The notes below the pieces were generated by a model that saw only the letters and a program-made list of their open reading frames with translations, ran no database searches and was not told the origin of the DNA. A stretch of 63,894 nucleotides of DNA, counting the filler, from Craspedostauros australis (lineage: Eukaryota), in assembly GCA_030167865.1 (NCBI GenBank). It is 5 parts of 5 records of this genome, joined end to end, with 100 filler letters (N's around TTAATTAATTAA, not from the genome) between each part and the next. Parts side by side here need not be neighbours in the genome. Positions count along the whole stretch, not along the records: positions 58,349 to 61,847 come from JALAGF010006562.1; positions 61,948 to 63,894 come from JALAGF010006592.1; 3 more parts are not named here. One strand, given 5' to 3'. The position numbers and the translations under genes were made by a program. Numbering within the stretch: the first letter of the stretch is position 1; each line of letters begins with the position of its first letter. This document shows, piece after piece, positions 58,349 to 63,894 of the stretch.

Positions 58349-61300
58349 TACTCACCCGACGAATGGTCGGTCATGTCATCCGCACAGAAGACCAAGGCAC
58401 TGGAGATGCGTGCTGAACGAGACAAACGCCGTGGGGTCATGTCGGTGGGCAGAAACACGCCATCGAAACGTCCTCATGAAGAGACGGCTGGTCATTACGG
58501 GCCGACTGATGCTGCTAACCAAGGCGGTAGTCCATCTGGTACCAACAATCAGGCTGGAATTGGCAGCATGGCCACCCGCCGCAACCAGCAAGGACGCTCT
58601 TGACCGCGAGGTCACACTCGGCGGCTCACATCCGTCAGCATGTCTCTGTCATCTGACACCCCACGGGCAGAGCTCGATTCGCATGCAGATACATGTTGTT
58701 TTGGTGACACTGCGTACATCGTGCATCAGACCGACCAAACCGTCACTGCAACTCCTTTTATTGACTCACTTGGGTCCATCGATAATGCACCAATCGTCAC
58801 AGCTGCGATAGCATACGATGATCCAATTACATATCAAACATTCATTCTTTTCTTTCCACAATCGATCTACTTTCCTCGTCTTGAACATCCTTTGTTGTGC
58901 CCAAACCAAATGAGGGCTGCGGGTATAGTCGTGAATGATGTTCCTCTGCTCATGATCAAGGAGCATGAACGGAAGCCGGAAGACCACTCTGTGGTCTCAT
59001 CCGACGACGACCTACACATCCCTCTAAGATTGCAAGGCACCGTATCCTATTTCCACATCAGGAAGCCAACACAACAAGAAGTCCAATCCGATCGTGACTG
59101 CATCCATATCATGATGACACAAGAGGCCACATGGGACCCCTCCCAATGGTCGTCAGGGGACGATGAAGACGCTATCCGTGCGTCTCTCTCATCACAACGA
59201 ACCATATCATCCATTAACATCCACGGTACAAACACGTCCAATCGAAAGGGGACTATCACACCCGATGTCCTCGCACAACGCTGGCGCATTGGAACAGAAG
59301 CCGCCTCACGCACTCTTGACGCAACCACACAATTGGCCGTTCGCGACTTCCGACATTCATCAGGTACACGTCGTCTCAACCCATATGCCATGCAACTACG
59401 ATACCGTCGACTTAACACCCAACTCTATGCCGACACCATGCACGCAAAGACCAAGTCGATTCGTGGCAACAAATGCGCCATGATCTACTGTACACCGTTT
59501 CACTGGGTCCGGGTGTACCCAATGGCGGAACGCAAGGAAGCACATCGTACACTCGACGAACTGTTTCGTGACCACGGCATCCCACATACTATCATCCCTG
59601 ACAATGCCAAGGAACTTGTCGCTGGTGAATTCCGTCGCAAACTACACAAAGCACAGGTTTCCATCCGACCAATCGAGGCATACATCCACAATCAGAACAA
59701 AGCAGAAGCAACCATCCGTGAACTGCGACGACATTACCGACGGTTGATGACTTCGACCGATACACCGGAGTACCTATGGGACTATTGCTTCGAATACTGT
59801 GCCGAGATACGCAGTCACACTGCACTTGCCATCCATGATCTTCACGGCGAGACACCGGCCACCATCTTATCCGGTGACACTGCTGACATATCTCACATTG
59901 CTGAATTCGGCTGGTTTGACTTTGTGTGGTATATTAACATCCAAGACGCATCCATGAACATCAAACAACTTGGACGCTATCTCGGGCCAAGCCGCTCAGT
60001 CGGTGACGCCATGTGCTCGTACATCCTCACTGCCAATGGCGTTGTTGTCTCCAAATCCTCTGTTTTGCCTCTCTCTCACGACGATACACACAGCNNNNNN
60101 NNNNNNNNNNNNNNNNNNNNNNNNNNNNNNNNNNNNNNNNNNNNTGTCTCCAAATCCTCTGTTTTGCCTCTCTCTCACGACGATACACACAGCGACGTCA
60201 TCACACACAAATGCAATGAATTCATGGACACACTTCGATCCAAATGGAAGCAACGAATGGAGGGCATCACAATTGACGACGACGGTGACGACGTTGACGA
60301 TACGACAGCAGACATCGCCATCCTACAGAACACCGAACCACTGGAACCAATCGTGGAGCCAGACGATGTCGACAGTGCAACCTTCGACAAATACATTGCA
60401 ACCAAGGTCATTCTACCGACAGGGGACGAAATGCAACATGGAACAGTCAAACAACGCAAACGAGACACAGAAGGCAACCTCATCGGCCGCTCTCATCCGA
60501 ATCCTATGCTTGACACCGCCCAATACGAAGTCGAATTCCTTGATGGACATCACGAGGTGTTCAGTGCCAACCAAATTGCGGAGAACATCTACGCGCGCAT
60601 CGATGACGACGGATACACGACCGTGCTGATGGACGAAATCATCGACCACAAACGCTTGCCCTCTGTTTCTTCTCCTTCTCCTCATTCCAAATCCACAAAA
60701 GGTTGGAAGCTCTGCATCCGATGGAAGGATGGGTCCACATCCTGGATTCACCTACGCGATGCAAAAGAAGCCGACCCCGTACGCGTTGCCGAATACGCTG
60801 CAGACAACAAGCTCGTCAACGAACCCGCATTCAAGTGGTGGGTGCCACACACCCTACGCAAACGACAACGCATCATCATGACAACGAAGCGACGACACGT
60901 CCGAAAGAACGAGATGTTTGGCGTAGAGCTCCCTACCTCAGTGCGTCATGCGCTTGCGATTGATGCAGCTACAGGCACGGATCTGTGGCGACAAGCTATC
61001 GCGAAAGAAATGAAGGCCGTACGACCAGCATTCGATATCAAGGAACTGAATACTCCCGATCCTGTGGGCTACCAATACATGGAATGCCACATGATATTCG
61101 CCGTCAAGGTGGACCTCACAAGAAAAGCGCGACTTGTTGCTGGGGGACACATGACGGAGGTACCTGCAACAATCACATACGCGAGTGTGGTGTCACGTGA
61201 AAGTGTACGCATCGCATTCTTGATCGCCGCACTCAATGACCTGGACATTCTCGCCGCGGATGTTCAGAATGCGTACCTCAATGCTCCATGCCGGGAACGC

Positions 61301-61847
61301 ATATACACACGATGCGGTCCGGAGTTCGGATCCGATCAGGGGAAGATCGCAATCATTTGTCGGGCCCTGTACGGATTGAAGTCGAGTGGAGCAGCATGGA
61401 GAGCACACCTGGCAGAGACACTGCGCGATTCGTTGGGATTCACATCCTGTCGTGCCGACAGCGACGTCTGGATGAAGCCTGCTGTTGCGAGCGATGGGTC
61501 AGAGTATTACGAATACGTGCTCGTGTACACCGACGACATCCTGGCTGTATCCAAACAACCACGACGCATCCTTGATGCGATTGACTCACACTTTTTCCTC
61601 AAACCGAGTTCCATTGGCCCCCCAACAACGTATCTTGGATCCACCATCTCACAATTTCACCTCACTGCCGATCCGTCACGTCCCAAATGGAGCATGGGCT
61701 CACAAGAATACATCAAGTCCGCTCTCAAGATTGTCACCAAATATCTCACCGACCATAATCTGAGACTCAAGACCAAAGCACCCAGCGTCCTACCGAACAA
61801 GTACCGACCTGAACTGGATGGATCGCAACTGTGTGACTCCGAGCAAA
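58349..61847 (+). mobile_element. Ty1/copia (CoDi-type) LTR retrotransposon, internal fragment: gag end, PR, IN, RT
   Basis: Gag tail YSPDEW...; protease ELDSHADTCC; integrase ADTM/PDNAKE/QNKAE; RT KARLVAGGH, ADVQNAYL, ALYGLKSSG and LVYTDD. Domain order PR-IN-RT is that of copia. Confidence 0.93.
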
Positions 61848-61947
61848 NNNNNNNNNNNNNNNNNNNNNNNNNNNNNNNNNNNNNNNNNNNNTTAATTAAT
61901 TAANNNNNNNNNNNNNNNNNNNNNNNNNNNNNNNNNNNNNNNNNNNN

Positions 61948-63894
61948 GGGCCTGTCCTACATGGACATGAGGCCTCCCACACGCAAGGAGATTGACACGT
62001 ACCCTCACGTGGACTTCACTGCCGACGAAGAGTGGGACCCATCCACTCTTGATCACGAGTTCACTTTGCTGGATGGGATCTCCGATGGTGTCCCAGACGA
62101 CGGCGTCCAGTCACCAGACTCCATCGAAGTGTTCACCAGTGAGACCGGTGCCCCACAGCAAAGCGCCATCACTCGTGCGAAGCCGACGATCGACTATGAG
62201 GCCCTCCGTCCGTACTTCGGATGGATCCCGGCCAGAAGAGTCCAAGACACTCTCAAGTGCACGTCCCAATGGTACCGCACCTCCGAGCGGTTCACCATGC
62301 GAAAGCACTACAAGACCCGGTTCCCTGCCGCGAACGTGGACAGGCTCCACGAGACTGTTGCCATGGACACGTTGTTCTCTGACACACCTGCACACGACGA
62401 TGGTGTGCCAGGACATGGTGGCAGCACAATGATGCAAGTGTACGTGGCCGTGGATTCTCGCTTCACCGCAGGATTCCCCATGACATCCGAGAAGCAAGTC
62501 GCTTCCACTCTCCAAGACTTCATCCGGCGTCACGGAGCTCCTGACCTCCTGATATCCGACAACGCGAAATCCGAGATCGGATTCAAGGTGCAAGACATCC
62601 TCCGACAGTACTCCATCGCTGACCATCAGAGCGAGCCGGAGCACCAGCACCAGAACGCCGCAGAGAGGCGTATCCAAGACATCAAGCGCATGACAAACGG
62701 CATCATGGATAGAACGGGCACACCTGCTCGCTTCTGGCTCATATGCACCATGTATGTCATTGTGCTATTCAACCACTTGGCTCAGCGCACGGCGGGTAAC
62801 GTCACGCCGATGCAGGCAGCCTACGGACACCGTCCCGATGTGAGCAAGTTCCTTGCCTACCGCTGGTGGCAGCCGGTGTACTACCGCGTTGAGAAACCTG
62901 GCTTTCCCAGCCAGTCCAAGGAGCGGAAGGGGAGATGGGCCGGACCCTGTCTCCACAAGGGTGACGAACTCACCTTCTGGGTGTTGGACGATGACACCCA
63001 ACAGCTCCTCCCTCGATCCTCGATCCGTGCAGCCGACGAGCACGGCTCCCGCAACCTGCGCGTCGACTTTCCCCTGGCCGACGTTGGGGAGGAAGACGGC
63101 TCGGACACGAACCCACCTGATGATGGGGAGCTTGACGACGACNNNNNNNNNNNNNNNNNNNNNNNNNNNNNNNNNNNNNNNNNNNNNNNNNNGACACCCA
63201 ACAACTCCTCCCTCGATCCTCGATCCGTGCAGCCGACGAGCACGGCTCCCGCAACCTCCGCGTCGACTTTCCCCTGACCGACGTTGGGGAGGAAGACGGC
63301 TCGGACACGAACCCACCTGGTGATGGGGAGCTTGACGACGACGTCCCAGTGCCTGATGGAATGCAACCAGTTGTCCATTCCCTCGGAGACGCCGTTCTTT
63401 TCGCTTCTGCGGGGTCCGATCCTGGAACGACGGACATGGCAAGAGTCTCCATCCCTCGATTCACACCAGAGGATCTCATCGGCAAGACCTTCCTGTACNN
63501 NNNNNNNNNNNNNNNNNNNNNNNNNNNNNNNNNNNNNNNNNNNNNNNNNNNNNNNNNNNNNNNNNNNNNNNNNNNNNNNNNNNNNNNNNNNNNNGACGAT
63601 GGAGCCACCAACGAACTCATCTCCTACGTCCAGCTGTCCGACATCATCGAACAGCAGCTCGAACGCAACGAAGACGACGAAGACGGAGTATGGGGGTTCC
63701 AAGGCATCATCGGCCACGAAGGACCTCTCGCTCCGAACGCAAAGACCTACAAGGGGTCCCGATACAATGTCATTGTACAATGGGATGACGGATCAACAAC
63801 ATCCGAACCGCTCTCCACCATGTTGCAAGATGATCCTGTATCATGTGCGGCATACGGCCGGAAGAACGGATTGCTCGATCAGCCTGGATGGAAA
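61948..63894 (+). mobile_element. Second, distinct CoDi-type Ty1/copia fragment (integrase region)
   Basis: LRPYFGW, MRKHYKTRFPAANVDRL, AMDTLFSDTPA, ISDNAKSE, SEPEHQHQNAAERRIQ and C-terminal YNVIVQWDDGSTTSEPL. Confidence 0.9.

Noticed and set aside
60046..60193. Direct duplication inside the copia integrase (similar cases at 62993-63342 and 56610-56922)
   Set aside because: The duplicated sequence flanks 50-N gaps, which is typical of unmerged contig overlaps or collapsed copies.

Overview
Eukaryotic nuclear DNA, almost certainly from a diatom. Evidence: ASAFAP-type bipartite plastid presequences, GT-AG introns of 187-537 nt, CoDi-type Ty1/copia elements and an Ambal-like LINE. The window is five assembly pieces joined by artificial 100-nt N/TTAATTAATTAA/N linkers, so adjacency across them is not proven. 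Piece 1 (1-28326) is gene-dense: sulfotransferase-like, DUF1825-like, YrdC/Sua5, PsbP-like, thioredoxin, START, DCTN5, Zn-ADH, BRO1, dolichol kinase and hypothetical proteins. Piece 2 is a nested TE complex. An 8.5-kb element with ~155-bp TIRs and a 4-bp TSD contains a copia relic, which is split by a 5'-truncated RT-RNase H LINE with a 15-bp TSD. Piece 3 carries a Cof-type HAD, PEN-2, ornithine cyclodeaminase, Sec10 and two paralogous TM-LRR genes, one with a very large 43-aa tandem array. Pieces 4 and 5 are two different CoDi copia elements. The most notable observations are: (i) a structured 3'-terminal motif shared by the LINE and a non-coding GC-rich stretch at 1-286 (candidate SINE-like partner or second LINE family), (ii) the giant repeat-TM-LRR protein, (iii) an unclassified GACCC-ended TIR family, and (iv) a single in-frame UGA between copia gag and pol. 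All family assignments come from motif recognition; no searches were run.
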